Positions 1 to 11,699 of a stretch of 64,000 nucleotides of DNA are shown one piece after another. Origin of the DNA: Camelus ferus (Eukaryota); assembly GCF_009834535.1 (NCBI RefSeq), contig NC_045696.1:3970001-4034000 (forward strand). Reading direction: 5' to 3'. The position numbers and the translations under genes are program-made. Numbering within the stretch: the stretch's first letter is position 1; each line of letters starts with the position of its first letter. The notes beneath the pieces were generated by a model. That model was given only the letters and a program-made list of their open reading frames with translations, searched no databases and had not been told where the DNA came from.

Positions 1-490
1 ACGGGAATACAACGATGCGGACTGGCTCCCTTCGAAGATTGAGAAGTGGACTTAACTAAACTTGGGCCCAGTAAGGCATATAAGTACCTGCTGGTTCTTG
101 TCTGCACCTTCACAGGGTGGGTAAAATCCTACCCCACCAGGACAGAAAAAGCAAAAGAGGTAACAAAGGCTCTCCTCAGGGATGTCATCCCTAGGTTTTG
201 AATGCTCACCTCCATCGGGTCCGACAACGGACCCACCTCCATGGCAGAGATTGTACAGCAAGTGGCAAAGACACCGAGAATCCGCTGGAACCTGCACACA
301 GCATACCGGCCTCAGAGCTCAGGGAAGGGTTAAGAGAGCGACTTCACCTTGGACAGAGGGTCCCTGGAAAATTGAGAGCATCCCAGGAGACCCGCTCAAG
401 ACCAAGATCAAGAGGGACCAGAGAAAGATAGACAAGCCCTGCTCTAGCCACACCTGGAAGCTGGCTAGTCAACGCACGGCCGAAGCTTGA
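1..490 (+). pseudogene. Decayed ERV pol integrase remnant (gamma/ERV1-like)
   Basis: Across frames it reads ...APFED*EVDLT..YKYLLVLVCTFTGWV..YPTRTEKAKEVTKALLRDVIPRF*..SIGSDNGP..HTAYRPQSSG, which is retroviral integrase core. It then jumps to a C-terminal-like WKIESIPGDPLKTKIKR. Stops, frameshifts and an internal deletion are present. Confidence 0.85.
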
Positions 491-675
491 GGAAAGCTCA
501 ACGAAGCAGTTAAATGCGTTCCTCTTGTGCTCCCTTGCCCCTTTCCTTGTTTGCTATACCAGCCTGCATGTTGGCAGTGGGGCTGGCCAGCACCGCCCCG
601 CCTGGCTGGGATACAGGCCGCAGCGCCCTGAGAGTTACTTTACACCTTGCTAGCTAGTGCCGTCGCCGCAGCGTC

Positions 676-1338
676 ATGTCTAAGACTATCCTGAGGCTGA
701 CGTTGCTGACGCTAACGCCCTCACTCCCCTTGCCAGGGGGGCTGGGAGTGGCAGCAGGGGTGGGCACAGGAGTCGGTGGCACGGCCTCATCCTCTTATTA
801 CTATTATCAGCTTACAGGTGAGTTCAGCCAGGATCTCCAACAAATACCAGAAACCCTGGGGGCTCTGCAAAATCAGATTGACTCTCTGGCTGAGGTGGTC
901 TCACAAAACAGGAGGGGTCTGGACCTGCTCATGGCCAGAGAAGGGGGACTGTGCCTCTTCCTAAACGAAGAGTGCTGTTGTATGCCAATCATCAGCAATG
1001 GTCAGAGGGATGGTTCAAGAGTTACAGGACTGAGTAGAAAAAATAGAAAAGCACATTTTAGACAAGAGCCCGTGGACAGGCCCCTGGGGCTGGACCTCCT
1101 GGCTGGCACCGTTCATCAGTCCCTTGCTCCTGATTTTTGCAGCTCTGCTATTTGGGCCTGTGTCCTGAACTTCCTGACCGGCTTTGTCAGGGAGCAGATG
1201 GAGGCTATAAAGCTCCAGATGTCAACCTCCAACTACGAGCCACGGCGACAGGTGAGTGACGACGCTTACTCAACAAGGGTTGTGAAAGCATCAAGAGGGG
1301 GGAACGTGAGGGAAGAGCCGGGCTGGGCCTCCTCATGA
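676..1338 (+). pseudogene. ERV env transmembrane (TM) subunit remnant, SU largely deleted
   Basis: The ORF contains a fusion-peptide-like GLGVAAGVGTGVGG, heptad LQNQIDSLAEVV, immunosuppressive domain QNRRGLDLL, CX6CC (CLFLNEECC) and a cytoplasmic-tail-like CVLNFLTGFVREQMEAIKLQM. The segment after CX6CC is frameshift-scrambled. Confidence 0.88.
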
Positions 1339-1626
1339 GTCTAAGTTGATAACTGTCAGTCCCTGCTCATGGTTTTTGCTAGCCAGCTGGATTTTCAGAG
1401 AGACATATCTGGCCTTTTGTGATAATGATGCTGCTACAGCTGTTCCATGCCTATTGGCTGAATACCCCAAGCTTGTAATTAACCCTATAAAGCCTCATGC
1501 ACACGTTTTGGTGGTGCTCAGGGCTTTGGAGCAGAAGCCCCTCTGAGCCCGCCAGCATAATAAATCTGAGTACTCCAACCCTCCGAGTGGTGCCTGTTTC
1601 TTGGCTGGCCCGTCGTTTCCGTAGCA
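1305..1626 (+). mobile_element. ERV 3' LTR
   Basis: Follows the polypurine tract AAGAGGGGGGAA (1293-1304). It starts CGTGAG (TG->CG), has a CCAAT-like ATTGG at ~1453, TATA-like CTATAAA at ~1485 and AATAAA at ~1559, and ends ...GTAGCA. Confidence 0.8.
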
Positions 1627-1973
1627 AGGGCAGAGCTCCGCAGCGGGACTTTCTGAGATGATGGAGGTGTTCTGTGCTGCTCTGTTGTCACCCTCTCTCC
1701 ATATTCAGGCCTGAGCACCCTAAGAAGGGAAGTCCAGACCATCCTGCAAGAACCCACTTGGACAGTGCACACCCTTAGGCTCAGAACCATCCCATGTTCT
1801 TGGAGAGCTCTTCTGATTTTGGAAATGCCTCCGACCTTCCCCAGGGACTGGGCATTGGGCCACGTGTACTTCACCAGCCAGGGCTCAGGGCCCAGGGCCA
1901 CCAGCTCAGCTCCATCAGTGACAGACCCTGCGTTCCTAACAAGGCCCCAGGTGAAACCAGTGCTGCTGGTCCA

Positions 1974-2073
1974 NNNNNNNNNNNNNNNNNNNNNNNNNNN
2001 NNNNNNNNNNNNNNNNNNNNNNNNNNNNNNNNNNNNNNNNNNNNNNNNNNNNNNNNNNNNNNNNNNNNNNNNN
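1974..2073. other. Assembly gap (100 N)
   Basis: Run of 100 N. The 5' exons of MX2 are absent from the window. Confidence 1.
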
Positions 2074-2879
2074 ATGTTGGAAGAAGGAGTGAATCCGTCC
2101 GTTCGGGGGCACTGAGGGAAGAAGGAGGAATCCGGTACCCGGGGCCGTCAGGGCCGTCCAGCACCGGGGAGAGCGGCGGAGAGGGGAACGGACGCCGCGG
2201 CAGCTTGCCAGTAGCTTCTTAATGCGTCACGGCACAAAAATCATCTTCCCAGCTTCAAGCTCGTAGGAGAGAAATGTTCAGTGCTCACCGGTTCTCAAGC
2301 ACAGACGACCCCAGGCAAAGCTCTCCTGGCGTCGCTGACGACCCGGCGACCGCGGACCGCGGCCCGGTGTCCTGGGAGCAGCAGAACCCGTGTCGTGCTG
2401 CCCGGACCTGTGTGCCCGAGGTCGAACAACGCGGGAAGAGTGAACATTAACCCTTAGGGCAGAGACGATCCCGGGGGCTGGATTCCAGTCTGTGCTGAGC
2501 CGGCTGTCACACAAAGGCAATGGATTCTTTTGAACCAGAAAACACAGATTCAAAGGATATTTGCTTGGAAGTGGCCAGTGGATCTCAAACTGTGTGTGCA
2601 CAGAAGTTACCCAGAGTGTTTCTTTCAGCTCAGATTCCCAGGGCCCGGGTCCGAGTTTCCGAGTCACCAGGCGTTGGGTGGGACCCACGAGCCTCCCCTC
2701 TCACGTTCCAGGTGACCTGGGGAACACACTTGGAGGAACACTGATTCCAGCGAAATCCCCTTCATCTGAAGCACAGGGTTCTGAAAAATGCATGCCTGCC
2801 TCAGAGGTATATCCCTTGTCTAGTGGAGATAAACACATCTTTTTTAGTAGATATTGCATTTTGATAATAGTTCCAAACC

Positions 2880-2995
2880 TTATTTAAATATTTCACATTA
2901 ACATTTAAACATTTAAACACTTCACGTTAAACATTAAAATTTAAATATTTAACATTTAAATATTTCATTGAAATTCAAATTTAAGTTTTTTACCA
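2880..2995. repeat. AT-rich low-complexity, degenerate (ACATTTAA)-like repeat
   Basis: Repeated tttaaatattt/acatttaaac units. Confidence 0.6.
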
Positions 2996-3955
2996 TTTTA
3001 AAGTCGTTAAACATTCTGTATCAAGATCAGTTATGATCATTTGAAGTATCAGGAAAACAATGAATACATTTCTGCCTATGGCTGCGAGCTGCCAGAGAGA
3101 GAGAGAAACACACACACCTTATCGACCTCTTGGGAGGCTAATCCACAAACTGCCTGTAAATCCCCATGAGCTCATCCTGCCCGGTGTCCTCACCAGCATC
3201 ATGCACTCAGGTGCCTTTACCTGCCGTGTTCCCGGGCACGGGCCGAGGATCGGGTGATCAGGGTGCCAAATGGAACTCTGCCCCTGACTAGCTCAGTGAT
3301 GTATCGAGCAGTCTGCCTCTCTGAGCCACAGGCTCCTCTCTTGTGAAAAAGAAGCAATAAAGACACGTGCTTTGTATTGCCTGTGGGGCTTACCTGGGAT
3401 GTGAGGTCTCGGACCGATGCTTGGCCCAAAGACCCCCCTCCCGGGTGTCCGCTCCATCCTTCCCAGTCCCCGACTTTGTCATCTTCATCAGTTACACTGA
3501 CTGGTTGGGACGGTGCCCAGCCTGACACCAACACGAGGACACATCCTTCCACCAAAGCACCATTTTTCAGTTTACAACACTCAAACTACCAACAGAACAT
3601 TTCATTAAATAAGTCTCCCGTTATTTTCAAGTGTATTTGTTCTCTCGATGCAAAGCTCCGAGCCAAACAAAACAAAACAAGAAGTGGCCCCTCCTTCCCT
3701 GACTCCGCCCCACCCAGATCACACAGCAAAACCTCACAGAACAGCAGATCTTTCCAACTGCAGTGCATAGCATTGCCTTCAAAGCCCAACTTGGGCTCCT
3801 TAACAGGTGTCCAACTAAACAAGCTTCCCACAGGATAATAGGAATTCCGGATCCCCTGGGATACTTTCAGATGGGATTCCACCCATATACCTGAGAAATC
3901 TGTCATCTGATTTCATCAAGCTGCAGAGTTTCAGTGTTTCTCTTCCTTTGTTCAG

Positions 3956-4078
3956 AAATCCCTCCCACTGTTGGAAAATCAAATAAAGGAGAGCCAGCAG
4001 AGGGCGATAGAGGAGCTGCGCCAGTGTGGAGCCAACATCCCCAGCCACGACGCTGATAAAATGTTCTTTCTGATTGAG
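3956..4078 (+). CDS. MX2: MX2 exon (KSLPLLENQ...FFLIE)
   Basis: ttcag/AAA ... GAG/gtgag, 123 nt. Confidence 0.92.
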
Positions 4079-7000
4079 GTGAGGATGCCAGGGACTGCGT
4101 CTGACACTGGGCACAGAAAGTGGCTTCTGCGTCACCAGGTCTCTCTAGGTGGCCGTATCCTTCCTGGTGGCCCCGCACGTCTCTAGGTGGCCCTCCACGT
4201 GAGCGTCCCCACAGGTGACATGTGGGAGCTCCGCCCTGCCCCCTGTGTGTCTCAACAGGGGATGAGGTGGCTGGGGGGTCCCCTGACCTCCTTGCAGACC
4301 CCAGCCCCCACCACACGCTGCTGTCCCGGTTCCTGCTCTTAATATGACTACAGGACTGATGGATGATTTTATCTCATTTTTCAGAAAATTAAGGCGTTTA
4401 ATCAGGACATTGAAAAGTTAATAGAAGGAGAAGAAGTTGTAAAGGAGAAAGAGACCCGCTTATATAATAAAATCAGAGAGGAGTTTAAAAACTGGGTCCT
4501 CACACTTGCAGCCAACACCCAAAAAGGTAAGTCCTGGGGCAGTGTTCCCCTAAGAGCAGGGTCATATTCCCCGAGACCAGAAGCCACTCCCAGCGCAGAA
4601 ACAGTGTGCAAAGAGCTTCACCTGCCCAGGCGGGGGGCCCCCTGGTGTCCGAGAGTGCTTCCCTCTGTCCTCGCCAGCTCAGCAGGAGTCCCCCCACCAC
4701 CTACCTGCTGTGTCCTTCTTGCCTCCCTGCTTTTCAAGGCTGGACGGTATCACTTGCCCCGTCTCTCCCCTTCTCTTCAGCCGTAACGCAGGACCAAAGA
4801 GGGTGATTGTTTGCCTGACAAAGTTCCAGCTCCATTCTGCTGCAGCCCAGGTGCCAGGAGGATATGTGCCCGTGTGTGCGTGTGCGTGTGCGTGTGCGTG
4901 TGCGCCTGTGTGTGTGTATCTTTGTTTTAACACTTAATAAAAACAGCCCTCTCCATCCATGGTAGGATTCCTCCGGCTGTGTCTGGATGTATTCTTGGGA
5001 GAGCTGCAAGTGCACAAGAATTTCTGAGGCTCTGTTTTCACTTAATCAGATTTTTTCCCTTCCAATTATAACCATTCAACTTCTCTCTCAGGATGACGAC
5101 CCTCAGTTGAAACACATTTGAACAGATAAAGATTTTTGTGTCTTAAATGTCACTATTTCTCAAATTGGCATCATCAGAGCAATACATTTTTTGATTATGA
5201 AAAAAACCTCTGTTTAGAAACATTGGGGTAAGTTTCACAGATGGGTCCCATCTCTAAAATGTCTCCGAAATTATTAGAATTTACCATGGTGGTTTGTTCT
5301 GTCTTGTAGTTAAAAACGTCATCCATGAAGAAGTCTCAAGATATGAGAAGCAGTATCGAGGCAAAGAGCTCCTGGGCTTCGTCAACTACAGGACGTTTGA
5401 GACCATCGTGAAGCAGTACCTGGAACGCCTGGTGGACCCGGCGGTCGTCATGCTCCAGAAAGTCGTTGGTGAGGCGCTCTCCTGCCTGCTGTACCTCCCG
5501 TGGGTGCCAGGGCCTTGGAGGGGGGCCGGGAACGGAATGATCGGACACAGGCTGCGGATTCTAGCAGCCTCGGGGGGAGGATGAGCACGTGTGAGCTTTA
5601 TCTGCATCATAGCTGGGCCTCTGTGCTGCTGTGCGGGGAGCAGTCCCGTGCTAACCCTGAAGAGGACACACCCACCAAAAGGCCAGGGAACCGAGGGACC
5701 TGCTCAGGGTGGCGGTGACAGTGGGCTTGAGAGCCGTCCCCCCTTCCCCCTTGGTCTGCGGATCTGGGGAGCTCAGCCTTAGGACGGGGACAAGGCGTCA
5801 TGGTCCATCCACCCTGTGTCTTCAGCCCGCTTCTTCCTGGCTGCAGTTCACTGACGTTTCGCTCTTTCTTTGCTCAGAGACTGTCTGGCACACTTTCACC
5901 GACACAGCCAGAAAACACTTCAGCGAGTTTTCCAACCTCAGTCAAACTGCCCAGGTAAGTGCCTGCCGTTTCCTTGCTGGTCACCTGTACTTCGGGCTGA
6001 CCCACCGGGTCTAACAGGGGAAGGAAGCTAGACATGTACTGTCCGTTGGAGACAGGAGGCCAGGGTGACGACTGCAGGGTCGCGGGGCTGGCGACTCCAG
6101 GAGCGGCGGCCCTTTGGCTCCTGCTCCGGAGAGGCCCCCTCCCTGGGGGAGGAGACCAAGCACGCGGCCTGGAGCTCTCTTTCCCGCGAGCCCCCCAGCC
6201 CGGCGGGGTGCGGGCTGGCCGGTGACACCCGAGCCTGTCACTGAGCCGAGGGACTGGCTGGGGCTTGGAGTCTCCTCCCAGCACCAAGGACAGCGTGTCT
6301 GCGAGGCCGACCCCGAAGCCTCCTAGGCTTGAGTTAAAGACCTCGCCAGGGCTGTGTTCTTCTTCAGTCAGCAGCCGGCAGTTCTCCCCGAGCCCCTGTC
6401 TCAGCAGAGGGAAGCGAGGGCTGCTCTGGCTCCCGTTTGGGTTGGGGATAAAACCCTCTTCTGCCCAAGCCTAGGCTGACGGGTCCGAGTCTCATCCCAC
6501 ATCAGATGAGCCAGGAAAACCGGTTCTGTCATTTTCTAGCGCAAAACAATTTCTGCTTTCACCTCTTTGGCCAGTTGGTGAAAACTGAACTTCATTTCCG
6601 ACCTCTCTCTCTGCCTTTCCCAGAGGCTGTGCCTAAGTCCCGGGGCACCTCCTCAGGGGGTGGGTGACAGGCCTGGTCCTTCACCACCACCCTCCAGGCT
6701 GGCAGCTTTCAAGATGCACGCAGTCCCCTGAGGGCCTGGGTGGCTGGTGCCCTGGGAGCCTCATGCTCCTGCCTGCGGGGTCGGTCCTGCTGAGCTCTGG
6801 CCCAGCCCTGCCAGGGCCTGGGGCTCCCTGCAGCAGCACGGGCTGCTCCGGGGACGAGGAGACAGCTGCCGCCCAAGGGCCTCCGTCCCCTCTGCCGTCC
6901 TTGGAAGACTGGGCACAGCTCCGGGGCCACACTGCCCCCCACCGTGACCGGGCTCCCACCCAGACACGCTCCCTGCCATCTGCTCTCTGCCCCAGAGCCG

Positions 7001-9731
7001 CATCGGGGCCCAGGGTCTCGTGTCCTCCGTGTCACTCCTTGTGGGAAGTGACACACGGCCCACTCCTGCTCTCAGACTTCAGTCCTGGGAGCGGGGCTGC
7101 CACATACATGCTTTTGGCCACGCACTCTCCAGAACAGAAGGGCAGCCTGCCTTCGTGAAGCTCACAGGCTCCCTCTTCTCTCCAACCACTCTCTCCACCC
7201 TCAGCGTACGAACGTCCTGTGGAAACTCGAAAACCCAGAAGTGACTCCCTGCACTGTGCGTCCCCGCCCTTCCCGGGGCCTCTGCCTGTGCGGGGTCGCG
7301 GGAGTCGCAGGGCTTCGGGGAAACACGGGTGTCGAGCTGCTGCCCCACCGCGTTCGTTAGCACAGGAGTCGTTCTGAAAGCTTGGACTGAAGCCAGCCAG
7401 AGACCCCAGAGTGTGGATGCACAGATGCAGACCGAAGCACAGCTGAGGGAGCAGAAAGGCGGGGGTGTGGGAGGAGACGGAGGTCGGGGCGGAGGGAAAA
7501 CCCAGGCAGCACGGAGGGCGGGCCTGGCTGGAGCCGCGGCGGAGCCACCGCGCAGGCCCGGGCAGGACAGCAGCGCAGGCCAAGCCGGGGCCTCCTGAAA
7601 GCCGCCACTGACGGCCTCAGGCGTAACAGCGTTCAGTGTGACGGTACTTTCTCAGTCATTTTCACAGCAGGGGGACAAAGAGAAGTAATGTGTTTCTCTT
7701 TCTTACCCACCCAGAACAAGATCGAAGACATAAAATCACAACAAGCAGAAAGAGCAGAAAGGTTCATCCGACTTCAGTTCAAGATGGAGCACCTGGTTTA
7801 TTGCCAAGACCAGATTTACAGCGTGGTTCTGAGCAAAGTCCGAGAAGAGATTTTTAACTCAGTGGGAAAGCCTTCACAGAATCTCCAGTTGAAATCAGGC
7901 TCTTTAAATGACCCGTCTTCGGTTTCCTCCATCACTGAGATCGGGGTCCACCTGAATGCGTATTTCCTGGTGAGTGTGCAGGTGCACGGGTCAGCACTGT
8001 GGCCCCTCCGAGCCGAGACTGGCTACCCTGGTTGACAGCTGCTCACCTGAGCAAGGAGGGGAGGGGCACCGCCGTGTGTCAGGCCCCTTCTGCTGTGACC
8101 CGTTTCTCATACGTCGCCCCCTTGTAGTTGACAGTCACCCTGTGGAGCCTGTGTTCATTACTTTGCCCCAAATCAGGTTCTCAATGTGGCAGAGCATGTC
8201 CTCAAAATTAATTCCAGCTCCAGAGTTCCATATGTTTCATGCTATGCATAAATTACAAAACTGCTATCAGAATGCGGCAAAACACAGCAAGCACTAACTT
8301 TACTGGTCACAATTTTGCTTCCTTAATGTTCAGAAGGCCCTCAGCTCTTGAAGTGCCTCGAATTCACTAGCTCCACATCAGGAATGGAAAAGCCTTTCCC
8401 TAGGTGCTGCGACCCTCTCAGCTGCATGGTTCCCGACCCTCCGCCCACAGGCTAAAGTCTTAGGGTGCATGGAGAGGACGGTAGCTGTTAAACTGCAAGG
8501 AAGCCCAACTCCTGCAGTCCTTTCTTGATCAGAACAGAAAGTAGAGTCACCCAGTTGTGGGGTCCAGCTGCCAGGCCTTCTGGAGACGCTGAGGAAGAGA
8601 GGGAAGGAGGCAGCACTGGAGCAGTGCCACCAAACTCAGGTCCAGCTGCTCGCTGCGCAGAAGTCACTGTTCAAAGGCAAGTGTTGGTAGGAAGGAAAGG
8701 TGCCTTATCAGAAGGCCGGCAGTCTGGGGAGAAGGTAGACCCAGGTCCCCCAAAACCAAGTCTGAAGATTCTGCTCAGCCATGACAGGTTTTAAAGGGAG
8801 AAAAGGGAAGTGACCTCAGTACATCCCTGAGGTGGGAGGTTAGGCTCTGCGTCATTGCCCACTGCGTGCGGGCTGGTGCCTCCTTGTGCTCCTTCTTCAG
8901 CATCACCTCGTCCACGTGGTCTGCCTGCAGGATTGCAAACGGGGCTGTTGGGATAGAGAGCTGGCCATTCTTTAACTACTTAATTCTTCATTCCGACTTC
9001 TTTTAATCTAGGGAAAGATTCAACTCATTGCGTACATTCCATTGAGCGTAAGTCAGGAGTCAGGCCAAATGTTACCTAGTGATCTCATTTGTATAAGGTT
9101 TGACAGGAACAGAAATGGGCAAACAGGAAAGGAGCAAAAGAGCTGCTTACAGGAGATCCCGACTCACTCCCAGAGGCCCGCGGGGTCCCGGGGCCGGGAG
9201 GTCTCCTCGGGGAGGTGAAGTGGGGGAGGGGGAGGAGCCCCTGGGAAGGCTGGGCTGTCCAGAAGGTGGTATGGGTGTGCCGGCCTACAGGTGGGTTCTT
9301 ATTGCCAGAGGGCATGCCTGGGTAGTGAAAAGTGGGCAACTCAAGCAGATCCTTCCCTTGGTTTGGTGCTGACCCTGGAGTGGAGGTGGGCCTGACACCA
9401 GGACCTCCCAAGGCGACCATCCATGCGTCCGAGGACTCCTCTCTGCAACCACAGGCCTTGGGCTGAGACCCCTCCTGCTGACCCTTCTTCCCCCTTCCAG
9501 GAAACCAGCAAACGTCTTTCCAACCAGATCCCACTCATCATTCAGTACTTTATGCTCCAAGAGAACGGCGACCACGTGCAGAAAGCCATGATGCAGACGC
9601 TACAGGAGAAACAGCAGTATTCCTGGCTGCTTCAGGAACAGAGCGACACCTCTGCCAAGAGGAGAGTCCTTAAGGAGAAAATTCACCGGCTTGATCAGGC
9701 TCGGCGAGCCCTCTATCAGTTCTCACTCTGA
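3956..9731 (+). CDS. MX2: MX2 (MxB), 3' six coding exons (stalk/GED); 5' part missing
   Basis: Exons 3956-4078 (123), 4385-4526 (142), 5310-5468 (159), 5878-5954 (77), 7715-7969 (255) and 9501-9731 (231, TGA), all AG/GT and in phase. Peptides [48 protein letters not shown] and [10 protein letters not shown] are MxB-type. Confidence 0.93.
4385..4526 (+). CDS. MX2: MX2 exon ([17 protein letters not shown]...NTQK)
   Basis: tcag/AAA ... G/gtaag, 142 nt. Confidence 0.92.
4871..4917. repeat. (TGTGCG)n/(TG)n microsatellite
   Basis: Direct reading; alternating purine-pyrimidine. Confidence 0.9.
5310..5468 (+). CDS. MX2: MX2 exon (KNVIHEEV...[12 protein letters not shown]...QKVV)
   Basis: gtag/TT ... 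G/gtgag, 159 nt. Confidence 0.92.
5878..5954 (+). CDS. MX2: MX2 exon ([25 protein letters not shown])
   Basis: ctcag/AG ... CAG/gtaag, 77 nt. Confidence 0.9.
7715..7969 (+). CDS. MX2: MX2 exon containing loop L4 (NKIEDIK...HLNAYFL)
   Basis: ccag/AAC ... CTG/gtgag, 255 nt. Confidence 0.92.
8620..9110 (-). mobile_element. Probable solo LTR in the last MX2 intron (antisense)
   Basis: Resembles the reverse strand of ERV LTRs (ccagctgctcgc...gcaagtgttggtaggaaggaaagg...ggccggcagtctggggagaagg). Family and boundaries are approximate. Confidence 0.5.
9501..9731 (+). CDS. MX2: MX2 last coding exon ([11 protein letters not shown]...ALYQFSL*)
   Basis: ttccag/GAA ... TGA; GED/BSE helix. Confidence 0.93.
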   Translation, partial: ETSKRLSNQIPLIIQYFMLQENGDHVQKAMMQTLQEKQQYSWLLQEQSDTSAKRRVLKEKIHRLDQARRALYQFSL

Positions 9732-10689
9732 AAAGAACAGGCTCCCGAAAGAACGGCAGCACTTCTGGGTTTTGCTTCTGTGTGTCACGGAAGGGAGGCG
9801 GCACGGGAAGTGGCTTCTCCTTCGGGGTCGGAGTTTTCTGTTACTGTCCGGGTCCATCTTCACGGTCCTTCTCTCAGCACCAGAGTTTCTACCTGAAGTG
9901 CATCCATGCTCAGAGCTGTCTCCTCTGCCAGGAGGTCCTCCCCATCCTCCGTGAAGAGGGAGCTCTGCAGCCCTTGTGTCCTGTAGCCTCCAGTTACAGA
10001 GTTCTTAAACACCGCTGCCGTTCTTTGTTAATTTGTCACCCCTCCCCATTCGACTGTGTGACCCCAGAGGAGGGGTAAGGTCAGCCTCTTGTTCTTTTGT
10101 ATTTCCAGACTCTCACATGGTACGTAGCACATAGTAGCCCCTTATTAACTGTCTCATCAAATAAGCGAATTGTGGAGACTCCCCAAGGCTACAGCTTAAA
10201 TCCAGGCTTTGGTTGTTTGGGATGGTGTCCCTTAGCTGGTCCCTTGCAGATGAATTCGGTCATGACACCTGCTTCTCATCATTTGCTGTGATGGCGTTTC
10301 CCTGTCCCCCAGGAGAAAAGAGGTCCAGTGATACCTTTTTTCATTTGTATTATTTTGTAGTGTGTGATTTCCCATTTCTGTGTTGATTCTTAAAAAATTT
10401 TAATAAGGAGATAATTTTTTAAGAACACAGAGCTTCTTACCAGTGGTCATCGCTAGACTGGAGGGTCACGGCTAGTTTATTTTCTTCTTCACACTGAGGT
10501 ACAATGCCCTCATGCTAAAAACGAGAATGTAAGAAGGTGATGTGAAACCATTTCTACAAACCACATGTCCCAAAGCAGGTGTTCAAAAATGCCAGTAATT
10601 CTTCACTCCAACAAAGACATCTTCTTTTTTTCTTTACCTCCTTGTCCACAGAGCAGCCCTCACTTCTAAAGCTCTTCCAGCCAGTTCCT

Positions 10690-11150
10690 ACATTTAGGTC
10701 TTTGATAAGATTTTGAGTCTGTTTTTGTGCGTGGTGTTAGATAAGGGTCCAACGTCACTCTGTTGCATGTGGATGCCCAGTTTCCCAGCTCCCTTTGTTG
10801 AGAAGGCTGTTTATCCATATTGATCTTGGCACCTTGTCAAAAACCATTAAACCATATGTGCCAGGATTTGCTTCTGGGCTGTCTCAGCTCTGTTCCATTG
10901 GTCTATAAGACTATCTTATGCCACACTGTTTTCGTAATTGTAGATTTGTAGTAAGTTTTGAAATCAGAGAGTGTTGGTCCTCCAGCTTTTTTCTTCTTCT
11001 TTTTTTCTTTCATGAGTGTTTTGGCTATTCATTGTCCCTTGAAATTCGATAGGAATTTTTGGATGGGTTTTTCCTTCTGCAAAAAAAATGTCTTTGGGAT
11101 TTTGATAGAAATTATACTGAATACATAGATCGTTTTTGGTAGTAGTAGTT
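10690..11150 (-). mobile_element. LINE-1 fragment (antisense)
   Basis: Typical L1 reverse-strand text (tttaggtctttg...ttgcatgtggatg..ccagtttccc...tttgtagtaagttttgaaatcag...ttgggattttgatag). Confidence 0.8.
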
Positions 11151-11699
11151 TATACCACTTACAGCCGGTATATCCAAGAACAGAATGCTGCCTACATTTC
11201 TCCATCCTGAATTCCCCCCAGATGCACTGTGGGTGGGGGACTACAGTGTTTAATGGCTTGATCCTTGTAGAGTGGGAGTGGTTGGCAAGATTTTTTTCTT
11301 TATGGTCCTAAATTTAAAGTAGAGACAAAAAATGAGGGCCTCTGTCAGTAATCACCCAAGTAGAACTGCGCTTCCTGGAGATAAAGGAGTTAATGTTTAA
11401 CAAATTCTTAAGTGTGTCTTGCAGAGCAACATCTCAGGAGCAGCTCTTTCCAACCCTTCAGCCTGTAACCAGCTATCACCATTTAAGCTCCCTTTAGTTA
11501 CATTTCTTTCTTTATTTCTTTTTCTCTTTAATCACATACATTCCCAGCTTCATGTAGCCCAGTTGTTTTACAGGAAATTGGAATTAGACCTGGTCCAGTG
11601 CCAGCCAGCTAAGCTGGTTGGGACCACTGACCCCAAAACTGGGCCTGGACAGGTGTTTGATGAAGGGCCTTTGACATCTGATGGCAGGAAAATGGTACC

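Noticed and set aside
676..1338. Syncytin-like captured env gene
   Set aside because: SU and furin site are missing and the membrane anchor is frameshifted.
2074..3955. Idea that MX2 is an MX1/MX2 chimera whose 5' half is copy B
   Set aside because: Copy B continues through MX1-type exons 8-9, and this MX2 intron shows no visible similarity to the MX1 intron at 35068-36543. The gap prevents a full test.
4135..4200. Short repeated CTCTAGGTGGCC units
   Set aside because: Only 2-3 degenerate local copies in a mammalian intron; not CRISPR-like or otherwise informative.
6510..6600. GAAA/TTTC-rich patch in MX2 intron
   Set aside because: No full ISRE consensus match.
6664..7608. Long overlapping ORFs in the GC-rich MX2 intron
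   Set aside because: Low-complexity Pro/Gly/Ala translations in all frames, expected from GC content; no recognisable domain.
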